This document shows positions 9,927-18,542 of a stretch of DNA of 64,000 nt, one piece after another; positions within the stretch are counted from its first letter, which is position 1; the number at the start of each line of letters is the position of its first letter. A program made the position numbers and the translations under genes. The notes beneath the pieces are model-generated. The model was not told where the DNA came from. It worked only from the letters and a program-made list of their open reading frames with translations, and ran no database searches. Source of the stretch: Chloroflexota bacterium (GTDB taxonomy: Bacteria > Chloroflexota > UBA11872 > VXOZ01); assembly GCA_965221905.1 (NCBI GenBank), contig OZ244922.1:672001-736000 (forward strand). The letters are read 5' to 3'.

Positions 9927-10293
9927 GACAGCGGGCGCAGGTTGCAAACCTACGCTACCGGAGACAAGACACATGAATCGGCTAACTCTCAAGTGATGAT
10001 CGGTCGCGGAGGCGTAACGGCCCTTGGCGACAGTAGTGGGTCGGCGTCAAAAGTTTTGGATCGATATTGCTTTCGGCATGAGCAGGCTAAAAGACAGCGG
10101 GCGCAGGTTGCAAACCTGCGCTACCGGAGCCAAGAGACGCGAACCGGCTAACTGTAAGGTAATGACTAGTCCCGGTGGCCAAACGGCCCTCGGCGGCAGT
10201 TTTGTCTCGTTGTCACGAGTGTTAGATCGGTACCGGTTCCGGCATGCGCCGCCAGACGACAGCGGGCGCAGGTTGCAAACCTGCGCTACCGGA
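9927..10293. repeat. Three direct copies of a palindromic GTAG-type REP (GACAGCGGGCGCAGGTTGCAAACCTRCGCTACCGGAG) at about 166-bp period
   Basis: Copies start at 9927, 10093 and 10258; the two spacers are diverged homologues of each other. Confidence 0.9.
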
Positions 10294-10373
10294 GTGGAAC
10301 CGATTCAAGCCGCTGTCTTTGCGCCGGCACCGTATTTGAGGTGGTGGCAGAGCGCAGTTAAATTGCCAGACGA

Positions 10374-11423
10374 TCAGCCCCCCTTGGCGCCGGTGATGTC
10401 GCGGCGTTGGAAGAGCCAGAACGTCAATGCGCCGAAGACGAGTGTGTAGGCGGCAAGCACAAGAACGGCGGGGAGCAATTCGGGCTGAGCCGCTTCGCTG
10501 CTGCCGTTGATCGAAATGGAGACCTCACCGTAGCTCGCTTGGAGCACGGTCGTGACGTTGGGGCTCAGCAAGTATTCGGAGATGCGCTGGAACCAGTCGA
10601 AGTTGTTGAGGATAGGAGAGGCCGTGGTCTCGATCAAGTAGTAGACCACGAAGGCGGTGATGCCCAGAGCCGTCGACGAGGTCAACGCCGTGGCGAGCAG
10701 CGCCAGCATCACATAGGGAAGAAAGCTAAGCAGCAGCGTTCCCATCTTGATTGGGACGTTGAGCCATTCTGCCGAGCCTTGCAGAGAGTCACCTTCCAGG
10801 CCGAACAGTCCTATGATGAGGCTGCTTAGCGCGACCGTAGCTGCGGCAACGACCAAGCCGGCCAGCGCTGTCACCATAAGCGCCAAAACCTTTGCCAGCA
10901 TGAACTGCCACCGACCCGTGCCCTTCGTCAGCACCGTCCGCAGCGTGCCCCAGCCGTACTCGCCCCCCAGCGCTGCCGCGGCCAGGATGCTGACGAGAAA
11001 GAACAGTGTGCCCTGCAACATCGTAAATGCCAAGAGGATGCTATTCGGCAGTAAGACCGCGTGGCGGGTAAAGTCGCGTACTTCCTCATAGCCTTCGCAT
11101 GATTTCCGGAACTCCTCGACACTCGCGAGGGCGCTATCGCGATGCCCGTCAGCGAGCTCTTCGATTCCCGGCGGAATGCGGTCTCCACGCACGTCCTTGC
11201 ACTTCCATTCCGCTTCGAAGACTGCTTCCTTGTTTTCGCCTTCGGTATCGCTCAATTGGATGCCATGTGTAGGCGAGAAGGGTTCGCTGCGATGCACCAC
11301 ATAGGCGCCCCATACTGCCGCCTGCATCAGGACTACAACTATTGCCAAGAGTACCCACGGCAACCAACGGCGGCGGACTTTGTGCCATTCCCAAACGGAG
11401 AGACGGAAGATGTGGGAGATCAC
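10374..11423 (-). CDS. ABC-2 type transporter permease
   Basis: Multi-TM, EYGWGTLRTVLT motif, C-terminal FQRRDI; abuts the ATPase gene. Confidence 0.87.
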   Translation of the reverse strand: MISHIFRLSVWEWHKVRRRWLPWVLLAIVVVLMQAAVWGAYVVHRSEPFSPTHGIQLSDTEGENKEAVFEAEWKCKDVRGDRIPPGIEELADGHRDSALASVEEFRKSCEGYEEVRDFTRHAVLLPNSILLAFTMLQGTLFFLVSILAAAALGGEYGWGTLRTVLTKGTGRWQFMLAKVLALMVTALAGLVVAAATVALSSLIIGLFGLEGDSLQGSAEWLNVPIKMGTLLLSFLPYVMLALLATALTSSTALGITAFVVYYLIETTASPILNNFDWFQRISEYLLSPNVTTVLQASYGEVSISINGSSEAAQPELLPAVLVLAAYTLVFGALTFWLFQRRDITGAKGG

Positions 11424-12337
11424 TAGTCTTCTCCTTCCTCTGCGGTTATTTCAAGGAAGTAGCTCTCCAGGGATTCCTTGCCTGAGGTCATTTCTGTGAC
11501 ATAGATTTCGTCTTTACTGAGAGCGGCGCTCAACTCCGATGCGCGCTCAGGCGGCGCGGTGACAACCACAAACCCGTCTTCAATTCTCGCGTCCTCGACC
11601 CAATCCAATGCCGTGAGGACTTTGAGCGCTTGGTCGTTGTCGGTGGTGCGTAGGCGGATCTGCCCGCGCCCTTTGAGAAGATCAGCCACCGAACCCTGCG
11701 CGATTAGCTTTCCTTTGGAGAGAATCACCACGCTATCGCACACTTGTTCGACCTCATTGAGCAGGTGACTGGAAAGGAAGACTGTCCGGTCTTCCGTGCC
11801 GAGGCTGCGAATCAAGTCGCGAATCTCGGCCATGCCGGCGGGGTCCATGCCGTTGGTCGGTTCGTCCAGAAAGAGCAACTCAGGATCGCCTAGCAACGCA
11901 TAGGCCAGCCCCAGGCGCTGCTTCATGCCAAGGGAGTAGGTGTGAAAGCGGTCGTTACCCCGGTCGGCCAAACCCACCTTTTCGAGCAGGTCGTCGAGTT
12001 CCTGCGGTGTGCCTCGTCCCAATATGCCCTGGAAATAGGCGAGATTTCGGCGTCCGGAGAGGTACGGATAGAATGTCGGGGTCTCAACGATAGCGCCCAC
12101 GCGGCGCAGAGCCTCTTGATGGCGGGTGTGCGCGCCGAACAGGCGAAAACTTCCGGCGGTCGGCCGCGTGAGACCCAGCAGCATGCCCATGGTCGTGGTC
12201 TTGCCGGAACCGTTGGGACCCAGCAGACCGAAGACGTGCCCGCGCGGCACCGTCAACGAAAGATTATCCACGGCAACGATCTTGCCGAACCTCTTGGTCA
12301 GCCCTTCCGTTTGGATTACCGGACTAGCGTCCATCAT
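11423..12337 (-). CDS. ABC transporter ATP-binding protein (BcrA-like exporter)
   Basis: Walker A GPNGSGKTT, YSLGMKQR, LDEPTNGMD; GAGGAGG precedes ATG 12337. Confidence 0.93.
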   Translation of the reverse strand: MMDASPVIQTEGLTKRFGKIVAVDNLSLTVPRGHVFGLLGPNGSGKTTTMGMLLGLTRPTAGSFRLFGAHTRHQEALRRVGAIVETPTFYPYLSGRRNLAYFQGILGRGTPQELDDLLEKVGLADRGNDRFHTYSLGMKQRLGLAYALLGDPELLFLDEPTNGMDPAGMAEIRDLIRSLGTEDRTVFLSSHLLNEVEQVCDSVVILSKGKLIAQGSVADLLKGRGQIRLRTTDNDQALKVLTALDWVEDARIEDGFVVVTAPPERASELSAALSKDEIYVTEMTSGKESLESYFLEITAEEGED

Positions 12338-12791
12338 GCGCACCCTCCTCAAGTCCTAACGTGGAAGTGATTGCGCGCTTGGCGGCGTATACAACCTGAA
12401 CGCCCGGATACCTTCACGTTTGCCTCCTAACCTCTTGTTTAGAATTCCGACCCTCTCGACCAGTATAGAGTATGGTTTCACAACATGCAACTAAAATATT
12501 AGTAATATATGACTATATTCGGTAAAATATGGCGATTAATGTATTGTAGTGTTTCGTAAAGTTGAACATAAGACTTTACGTGTGCGCACTTCAATGAAAA
12601 CGCAAGCCGGGGGAAAGTGCACGTGAGTGCCCCTGGCTCGGTGACGTCATGCATCCGAGCACAGTCGCGGACACGCGGTGGCGGGTAGTAGGGGGATCCA
12701 TTAGGCGTTTGCATTGCGCCATACGAGGGAGCTTTCAGCTAACCAGCGGCGCCCAGAACCCGATCCAAGAATAGGCAGTGGTGAATGGCCG

Positions 12792-14363
12792 CTAACCCCG
12801 CTGCAGCGCTCGTCCCGGCCGCGCGCCGGTGGGGGCACTGTCTGTAATGATGGGCGTGCCGTTCACGAGCACGTGCTCGATGCCCACGGGGAACTGGCGG
12901 GGGTCATCGAAGGTAGAACGGTCGATGACGGTAGCCGGATCAAAGACCACGATGTCAGCGGCCATGCCGTTGCGGATGATGCCGCGGTCGTGCAAGCCGA
13001 AGCGCTGCGCCGGAAAGCCGGTGAAACGCCGAATCGCGTCTTCGAGTGTAAAGAGACCGAGCTCGCGGGTGTAGTGGCCGAGGTAGCGCGGATAGGTGCC
13101 GTAGGCGCGCGGGTGCGGTGAGCTTCCCATCATGATGGCATCGGTGGAACCCATGTGCGCAGGGTGTTTGATCACCGCCTGCACGTCAGCCTCATTGCCG
13201 AAGTGGAACGTGAAGCCGATATCCAGCGCGGTCTCATCGAGGAGTCTGAGCAGGAGCACGTCAGGCGCTTCGCCGCACTCGTCGGCGACGTCCGCCAAGC
13301 GGCGGCCCTCCCACTGCCTGTACTGCTCCAGCCCGATATGGGTGATCTGCATGCGGGCATAGAAATCTCGTTCCCGGCCCTGGATTTCGTCGAGGACTTG
13401 CGCCATTACGTTGGGTGAGCGCACGCGCGCCAGCATGGCTTTTGGACCATCAGCGCCCATCCAGAGCGGCAGCACGAACATGCCGGTGGTCGAGCCCGCG
13501 GGATAGCAGTACGCGTCGTAGGTAACGTCCAATCCCTCGGCGCGGGCTGAATCCACCAGCGCCAGCCGTTGGCTGCTCAGCCCCCAGGTGTGGATGCCGG
13601 AAATCAGGTAGTGGGCGATGTGTACCGGAATATCGGCCTGGCGTGCCACGTCCAGCGTCTCGTGCACCGGATCGAGAAACTGGTCCCCGAGATGGTAGCG
13701 CATGTGGGTGTTGTAGACCCCGCCGTATGCCGCTACGGCTTTGCTGATGGCGACGAGTTCCTCCAGCGTGCTAAAGACGTGCGGGTGGTACGAGAGGCCC
13801 GTAGCAAAACCCACGCAACCCTGTTCCATCGCCTCTGCAGCCAGACGCGCCATTTGCCTGAGGTCATCCTCCGTGGCGGCGCGATTTTCCCAGCCGATGA
13901 CCGCAAGCCGCAGCGCATTGTGCGGTACCTGGTAGGCGACGTTTACGGCTACTTTCCGGTCGAAGCGGTCCATGTATTCGGGAATGGTCTGCCAAGGCTC
14001 CACGTCCCGCGGCAGACCGCCGTTGATGGCGCGGTAAAGTTGCGTGGTCTCGCGCAAGTGTTTTGGCGACATCGGCGCGTAGCCAAGACCGTCGGAGCCG
14101 AGGATCTCGGTGGTAATGCCCTGCGCGACTTTGGGGGTATGGTCCGGTTCGCGCAGCAGAATCAGGTCGGAGTGATTGTGGACGTCAATGAAGCCGGGAC
14201 AAATCACTTTGCCTTTGGCATCAATCACGGCCTCTGCGTTGCTGGAATCCAAGCGTCCGACGGCGGCTATGCGCCCCTGGCTAATGCCCACGTCAGCGGC
14301 AAACCACGGGTTGCCGAGCCCGTCGATCACATGGCCGTTGCGAATTAGGAGGTCAAATGTCAT
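12792..14363 (-). CDS. N-acyl-D-amino-acid deacylase / D-aminoacylase family amidohydrolase
   Basis: PGFIDVHNHSD, HPRAYGTYPR, ADIVVFDP...GIEHVLVNG. Confidence 0.88.
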   Translation of the reverse strand: MTFDLLIRNGHVIDGLGNPWFAADVGISQGRIAAVGRLDSSNAEAVIDAKGKVICPGFIDVHNHSDLILLREPDHTPKVAQGITTEILGSDGLGYAPMSPKHLRETTQLYRAINGGLPRDVEPWQTIPEYMDRFDRKVAVNVAYQVPHNALRLAVIGWENRAATEDDLRQMARLAAEAMEQGCVGFATGLSYHPHVFSTLEELVAISKAVAAYGGVYNTHMRYHLGDQFLDPVHETLDVARQADIPVHIAHYLISGIHTWGLSSQRLALVDSARAEGLDVTYDAYCYPAGSTTGMFVLPLWMGADGPKAMLARVRSPNVMAQVLDEIQGRERDFYARMQITHIGLEQYRQWEGRRLADVADECGEAPDVLLLRLLDETALDIGFTFHFGNEADVQAVIKHPAHMGSTDAIMMGSSPHPRAYGTYPRYLGHYTRELGLFTLEDAIRRFTGFPAQRFGLHDRGIIRNGMAADIVVFDPATVIDRSTFDDPRQFPVGIEHVLVNGTPIITDSAPTGARPGRALQRG

Positions 14364-14440
14364 GGTAAACGCCTAGCGGCTGATAGTTTGACTATTGCTG
14401 CACTTCGCGGCGAAGGCGACCCACGAAAAGAGCGACCGGA

Positions 14441-14788
14441 CTACGCACGAGAGAGTAATTCCTTTGCTTCTAGCTCAGTTTCGTGCAGACCCTCGAGGAA
14501 GACCGCGTCCCGCATGACCAATTCGCGCGCGAAGGGCTTGATGCTACTCTCCGTGATCACGTCTACTTTCCGCTGAAAGTGAACGTTCAGGAAGTCTTGG
14601 AGTCCGAAGAAATTCTTGAGCGTGATTTTTCCACGCGGAATGTCCACAACGAAGTCAATGTCGCTGTCGGCACGTGCAGTGTTGCGGGCAACCGAGCCGA
14701 AAACCGCGATCCGGCGAACGCCAAACGACCGCAGCGTCGCACGTACTTTGAAGAGCTCTTCCAATACGTATTCTCGCGTGGGAATCAT
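14441..14788 (-). CDS. MNT/MntA-type nucleotidyltransferase antitoxin
   Basis: FGVRRIAVFGSVARNTARADSDIDF, RKVDVIT. ATG 14788 overlaps the upstream stop (ATGA). Confidence 0.87.
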   Translation of the reverse strand: MIPTREYVLEELFKVRATLRSFGVRRIAVFGSVARNTARADSDIDFVVDIPRGKITLKNFFGLQDFLNVHFQRKVDVITESSIKPFARELVMRDAVFLEGLHETELEAKELLSRA

Positions 14789-15132
14789 GGCGCGCTTCCC
14801 AGTATGTCCTCTAGTTGCTTCAAGAGACGCGGGGCATGCTCCCCTGCTGCCCGCCAGACGATTTCGTCTTCGGTAGTCATATACCCGTGAACTATGTGGT
14901 TGCGAATGCCAGTTACCTGGCGCCACGGCACATCCGGATGCTGTACTTTGAATTTGTTGGAAACATGTGTCGCCGCTTCGCCGACAATTTCTAGCGACCG
15001 TTCTGTAGCGAAGCGCAGCGGAAAATTGTCCGCAGCGGTGTATTGCTCCAAGGAAATGCCGGTAACCAGGGTCACGGCCTTCTGCGCGGCGTCCGCCATG
15101 TGGAGCAAGCGCGTTCTATCCTCCTCCGTCAT
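14785..15132 (-). CDS. HepT-like (DUF86) HEPN ribonuclease toxin
   Basis: ERSLEIVGEAA, PDVPWRQVTGIRNHIVHGY (RX4HXY). Likely start MTEED at 15132. Confidence 0.88.
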   Translation of the reverse strand: MTEEDRTRLLHMADAAQKAVTLVTGISLEQYTAADNFPLRFATERSLEIVGEAATHVSNKFKVQHPDVPWRQVTGIRNHIVHGYMTTEDEIVWRAAGEHAPRLLKQLEDILGSAP

Positions 15133-15236
15133 AACGTATATCCGGCCTAACCCTGTGACTTTCTGAGAACTGCGCTCACCTTCTTTAACAAGCATACCAT
15201 TCAGTAGCTGCGGCGCACCGTCATTGCCGAAAAGTG

Positions 15237-16205
15237 CTACGGCAAGTATCGCTTCGGAAACTTGGCGACTACGGTATAGTTCGGATCGACCACGTTGCCA
15301 ACGCGGGTGCGCCCCACCTGGGAGACAACTTGGAATGCTTCCCAGAGATCGAAGCCGTAGTCGCTGGCGAGCCAGCGGATAAGTTCCACGTGAGCGATGC
15401 GGTAGGCATCCATGAGGGGACGGGCGTTGCCCGCGGCCATAATCCACTCGTCATCCTCGAAGCGCGGCCAGCCGATTGGCTCGCCACCCTTGCAAACTTC
15501 GACCTCCACTTCCACTTCCGCAGTTGTTTCCAGCGCGACACCGCATAGCTCGCCATCGCCCTGGGCAGCGTGCACGTCGGCGAATTGGAGATAGGCGCCC
15601 TTAACAAACACCGGCAGGTAGACCGTCGTACCGGGCTGAGTCTCTACGCAGTCCATATTGCCGCCGTGGTTGGCGGATGAAAGTGTGCTGATGTGTTCGC
15701 CGAAGCGTGGAGCCACGCCGATGCAGCCGAGGAAAGGTTGACAAGGAATGGTGATGCTGCCGAGTTTGCTTTCGGGCAGTTCCAGCGTTGCCGTGTGACT
15801 TGCGTGGTCGAGTTCCCAGTGATAGTACTTCTGCGGCAGCGGTTCATTGAGACCGGTCGGCCCGCCGGGGTAGTCCTCCACGCCCAAGTTGCCAAAACCG
15901 GGATTGAAGCGCGAAAAGGCCCAACTGCGGTTCAGGTCTACGCGCCGGATGTGGACGCACAAGATGTCGCCGACTTCGGCCTCTTCCACGTAGTAAGGGC
16001 CGACCTGCGGGTTGGATTGGCGAAACTCGGTATCGGCACGGGCCTGACGCAATTCCTGCGGCAACTGCTCGCCGTTGCTGTCCCAATGGCCGGCGTCAAC
16101 TGTCTGCACTATCACCCGATCGCCCGAATGTATACGCAGCGCCGGTTCGTGCGGGGCGAACGTATAGTAATAGATGCTCGGTTCGTGTCGGTGTACGGTA
16201 GCCAT
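15237..16205 (-). CDS. Acetamidase/formamidase family protein
   Basis: GGNMD, DVHAAQGDGELCGVALE motifs. Confidence 0.9.
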   Translation of the reverse strand: MATVHRHEPSIYYYTFAPHEPALRIHSGDRVIVQTVDAGHWDSNGEQLPQELRQARADTEFRQSNPQVGPYYVEEAEVGDILCVHIRRVDLNRSWAFSRFNPGFGNLGVEDYPGGPTGLNEPLPQKYYHWELDHASHTATLELPESKLGSITIPCQPFLGCIGVAPRFGEHISTLSSANHGGNMDCVETQPGTTVYLPVFVKGAYLQFADVHAAQGDGELCGVALETTAEVEVEVEVCKGGEPIGWPRFEDDEWIMAAGNARPLMDAYRIAHVELIRWLASDYGFDLWEAFQVVSQVGRTRVGNVVDPNYTVVAKFPKRYLP

Positions 16206-16233
16206 GAAACGCACCTTTCTCTGAAAATACAGG

Positions 16234-17928
16234 TCAGCCGCCCATGTGACGATACTCGTCTACGTCAATCTCAACCGCTACGAGCGCCGGTTGATTTAAC
16301 GCCAAGGCTTCCTGGAGCTTAGGCGCGCATTCGTCTTTACGCTGAATGTGTACGGCTGGCAGGTCGAATGCGGCTGCGAGCTTCAGGTAGTCAGTGTGCC
16401 CGAAGTCGTTCTCCCGTCCTTCATATCCACGCTCCTCCGATTTCATGCGGATTAGGGCCAGTGTGGAATCAACCAAGACAATTATCAGGAATGGCGCATC
16501 GCTCTGCGGCGCAAGACGCTTGACAGTTTCCAATTCACCGGCGTACATCAGCAGGCCGCCGTCACCGGTTACGCAGACCACAGGACGATCCGGATAGCAG
16601 AGCTTGGCAGCGAGGGCCGCCGGCACGCCGAAGCCCATGGTCGAAAGGCCGTTAGAGACCAGAAACGTTTGCGGTTGCGTGCTCTGCCACCATTGGCATG
16701 CAAGCAGCTTGTGCGACCCCACGTCGCAAGCAAAAACCGTCTCCGGCACTGTGAGCTCACGGAGCGCGGAAAGCAGAACTTGCGGGGCAACGGTTGACTT
16801 CGTCGAAGACGCCGACTTCGTCGAAGACGCCGACTTCGTCAAAGTCGCAGTGTCGCTGCCCGTGTGCTTGGGCGCGAGCCCCTGCCGAATCTTCTGGCGG
16901 CAGGCCGCTGCCGCGCGCGGCCCCCACTCTCCTTGGTGGGAGAGTTCCGGGGTGAGCATACGCACCGTTGCATCCAGGTCGCCAACCAGCACATAGTCCG
17001 CGCCAAAGGCGGAATCGACTTCGGTGTGCGCATGGACCGCAATCGTGGTCGCTTCCGTCTGCCAGGGATGGATGAAATCGGAGCCGTCAAGTCCGACCGC
17101 CAGGATGCAGTCAGCCTGATTGAGAAACTCATCAACGATTGTGTAGCCGTACACACTGTGGATACCGGCAAAGAGCGGGTGATCTTCGGGAAAGACCCCC
17201 TTACTCATGGGCATGTTGATCACCGGCGCGCCCCACTGTTCCGCCAGTGCGACGATAGACTCTTGTTCTAGTTGGTGGTTGGTCTCCAGGCCCAATACGA
17301 TCACCGGCGCATCGCAGGTAGTCAAGCGCGCAAGCGCCGTGTGTGGCAGGGGCGCCGCGTTCAGTATGCCGATGGGACGGGCCGGGATATGTAGCGGCGC
17401 GGCGTCCAACGTCCGGCGCGCCACGGCTGCAGGCAGCGCGAGGTGCACCGGGCCGGGACGTCCCTGGGCCGCTACCGCCCAGGCGTAGGCAAGCGCGTCC
17501 GCCACGTTGGCAGGTGTCAGGCGTACGTTCCACTTGGTGATGGGACGCAAGAGCTCCAGCAGAGGGACATTTTGGTGGGTAGCAAATTCGACAGTGGGGT
17601 CTTCGAAGTCGGCGGTGATGACAATGACCGGGACCCGTGCGAGAAACGCATCGGAAACGGCATTGATCATGTTCGTGGCGCCGGGACCCAAGGTCGTCAG
17701 GAAGACCGCCGGAGCGCCGGTAAGGAGGGCTGTATTCTGCGCTAAGAACGCGGCGGTGTTCTCGTGATGGACGAGCTGGAAATCTATCTCCTCCGCGTAA
17801 CAGGCATTGATGAGATCCACGTTCTCGCCGCCGGTTATGCCCCAAAAGCGTTGAATGCCCTGCTGACGGAGGAATCTGGCAATATACGCGGCGACAGTTT
17901 GGCTAGGAGGCTGTGGAATCGCAGTCAT
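16234..17928 (-). CDS. Thiamine-diphosphate-dependent enzyme (acetolactate synthase large subunit-like)
   Basis: HHENTAAF, TLGPGATN, SNGLSTMGFGVP, GDGG; likely start MTAIPQ. Confidence 0.88.
   Translation of the reverse strand: MTAIPQPPSQTVAAYIARFLRQQGIQRFWGITGGENVDLINACYAEEIDFQLVHHENTAAFLAQNTALLTGAPAVFLTTLGPGATNMINAVSDAFLARVPVIVITADFEDPTVEFATHQNVPLLELLRPITKWNVRLTPANVADALAYAWAVAAQGRPGPVHLALPAAVARRTLDAAPLHIPARPIGILNAAPLPHTALARLTTCDAPVIVLGLETNHQLEQESIVALAEQWGAPVINMPMSKGVFPEDHPLFAGIHSVYGYTIVDEFLNQADCILAVGLDGSDFIHPWQTEATTIAVHAHTEVDSAFGADYVLVGDLDATVRMLTPELSHQGEWGPRAAAACRQKIRQGLAPKHTGSDTATLTKSASSTKSASSTKSTVAPQVLLSALRELTVPETVFACDVGSHKLLACQWWQSTQPQTFLVSNGLSTMGFGVPAALAAKLCYPDRPVVCVTGDGGLLMYAGELETVKRLAPQSDAPFLIIVLVDSTLALIRMKSEERGYEGRENDFGHTDYLKLAAAFDLPAVHIQRKDECAPKLQEALALNQPALVAVEIDVDEYRHMGG
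16796..16840. repeat. In-frame 18-bp tandem repeat (GACTTCGTCGAAGACGCC x2.5) encoding TKSASS repeats
   Basis: Seen directly; protein reads TKSASSTKSASSTKST. Confidence 0.85.
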
Positions 17929-18023
17929 GAGAGCAGGCAAGATGATGTATAAATAGTGAAGGAGACCTGCATTTAGCTTGCGCGTCGCCATGTGCATTGT
18001 CAACTTGAGGCAAGGTGCAGGGC

Positions 18024-18052
18024 TTGAGACAAGCTGCGGGAGGCGGTAGTAT
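18024..18052 (+). promoter_or_regulatory. Putative sigma70 promoter of rplI-dnaB
   Basis: TTGAGA-17 nt-TAGTAT, followed by an AAGGAG RBS before ATG 18090. Confidence 0.5.
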
Positions 18053-18089
18053 AGCTCTACAGCGTTTAATGAACTAAGGAGTGCAGTCT

Positions 18090-18542
18090 ATGCGTGTCGT
18101 CTTGCTCAAGGATGTGCCCGAATTGGGTCAGGCAGGCCAGGTAAAGGATGTTGCTGACGGCCATGCGCGCAACTACCTCATTCCTCGCGGCTTTGCACAA
18201 ATGGCGACCAAGGGCGCGGAGCGCTTGTGGGATGTACAGAAGGAGGCCACGGTACGGCGCGCTGCGACCGAGCGGCAGGAGGCCGCGGAAACCGCCGCCA
18301 AACTGAGCGGCGCGACCGTTGTGGTCACAGCGCGCGTCGGCGAACAGGACCGCCTCTATGGATCTGTTACCGGTCAACATATTGCCGAGGCCATCAAAGA
18401 ACAGACTGATTTCGAGATCGACCGGCATGCTCTTGAAATAGAGCAGCCGATTCGCGACCTGGGTACCTATACCGTTTCGATCAAGCTCGGACATGCCGTG
18501 GAAGCGGCGATTTCGGTGGAAGTGCAAAAAGAGGAAGTGTAA
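18090..18542 (+). CDS. rplI: 50S ribosomal protein L9
   Basis: MRVVLLKDVPELG...VADGHARNYLIPRG, RLYGSVT. Confidence 0.97.
   Translation: MRVVLLKDVPELGQAGQVKDVADGHARNYLIPRGFAQMATKGAERLWDVQKEATVRRAATERQEAAETAAKLSGATVVVTARVGEQDRLYGSVTGQHIAEAIKEQTDFEIDRHALEIEQPIRDLGTYTVSIKLGHAVEAAISVEVQKEEV

Noticed and set aside
9927-10293. CRISPR array
   Set aside because: Only three repeats, spacers about 130 bp and homologous to each other, no cas genes, and the repeat recurs singly elsewhere as a REP.
12579-12640. Group II intron 5' end (GTGCG) or RNase P fragment (GAAAGTGC)
   Set aside because: No domain V/VI, no RT ORF and no other RNase P conserved regions.
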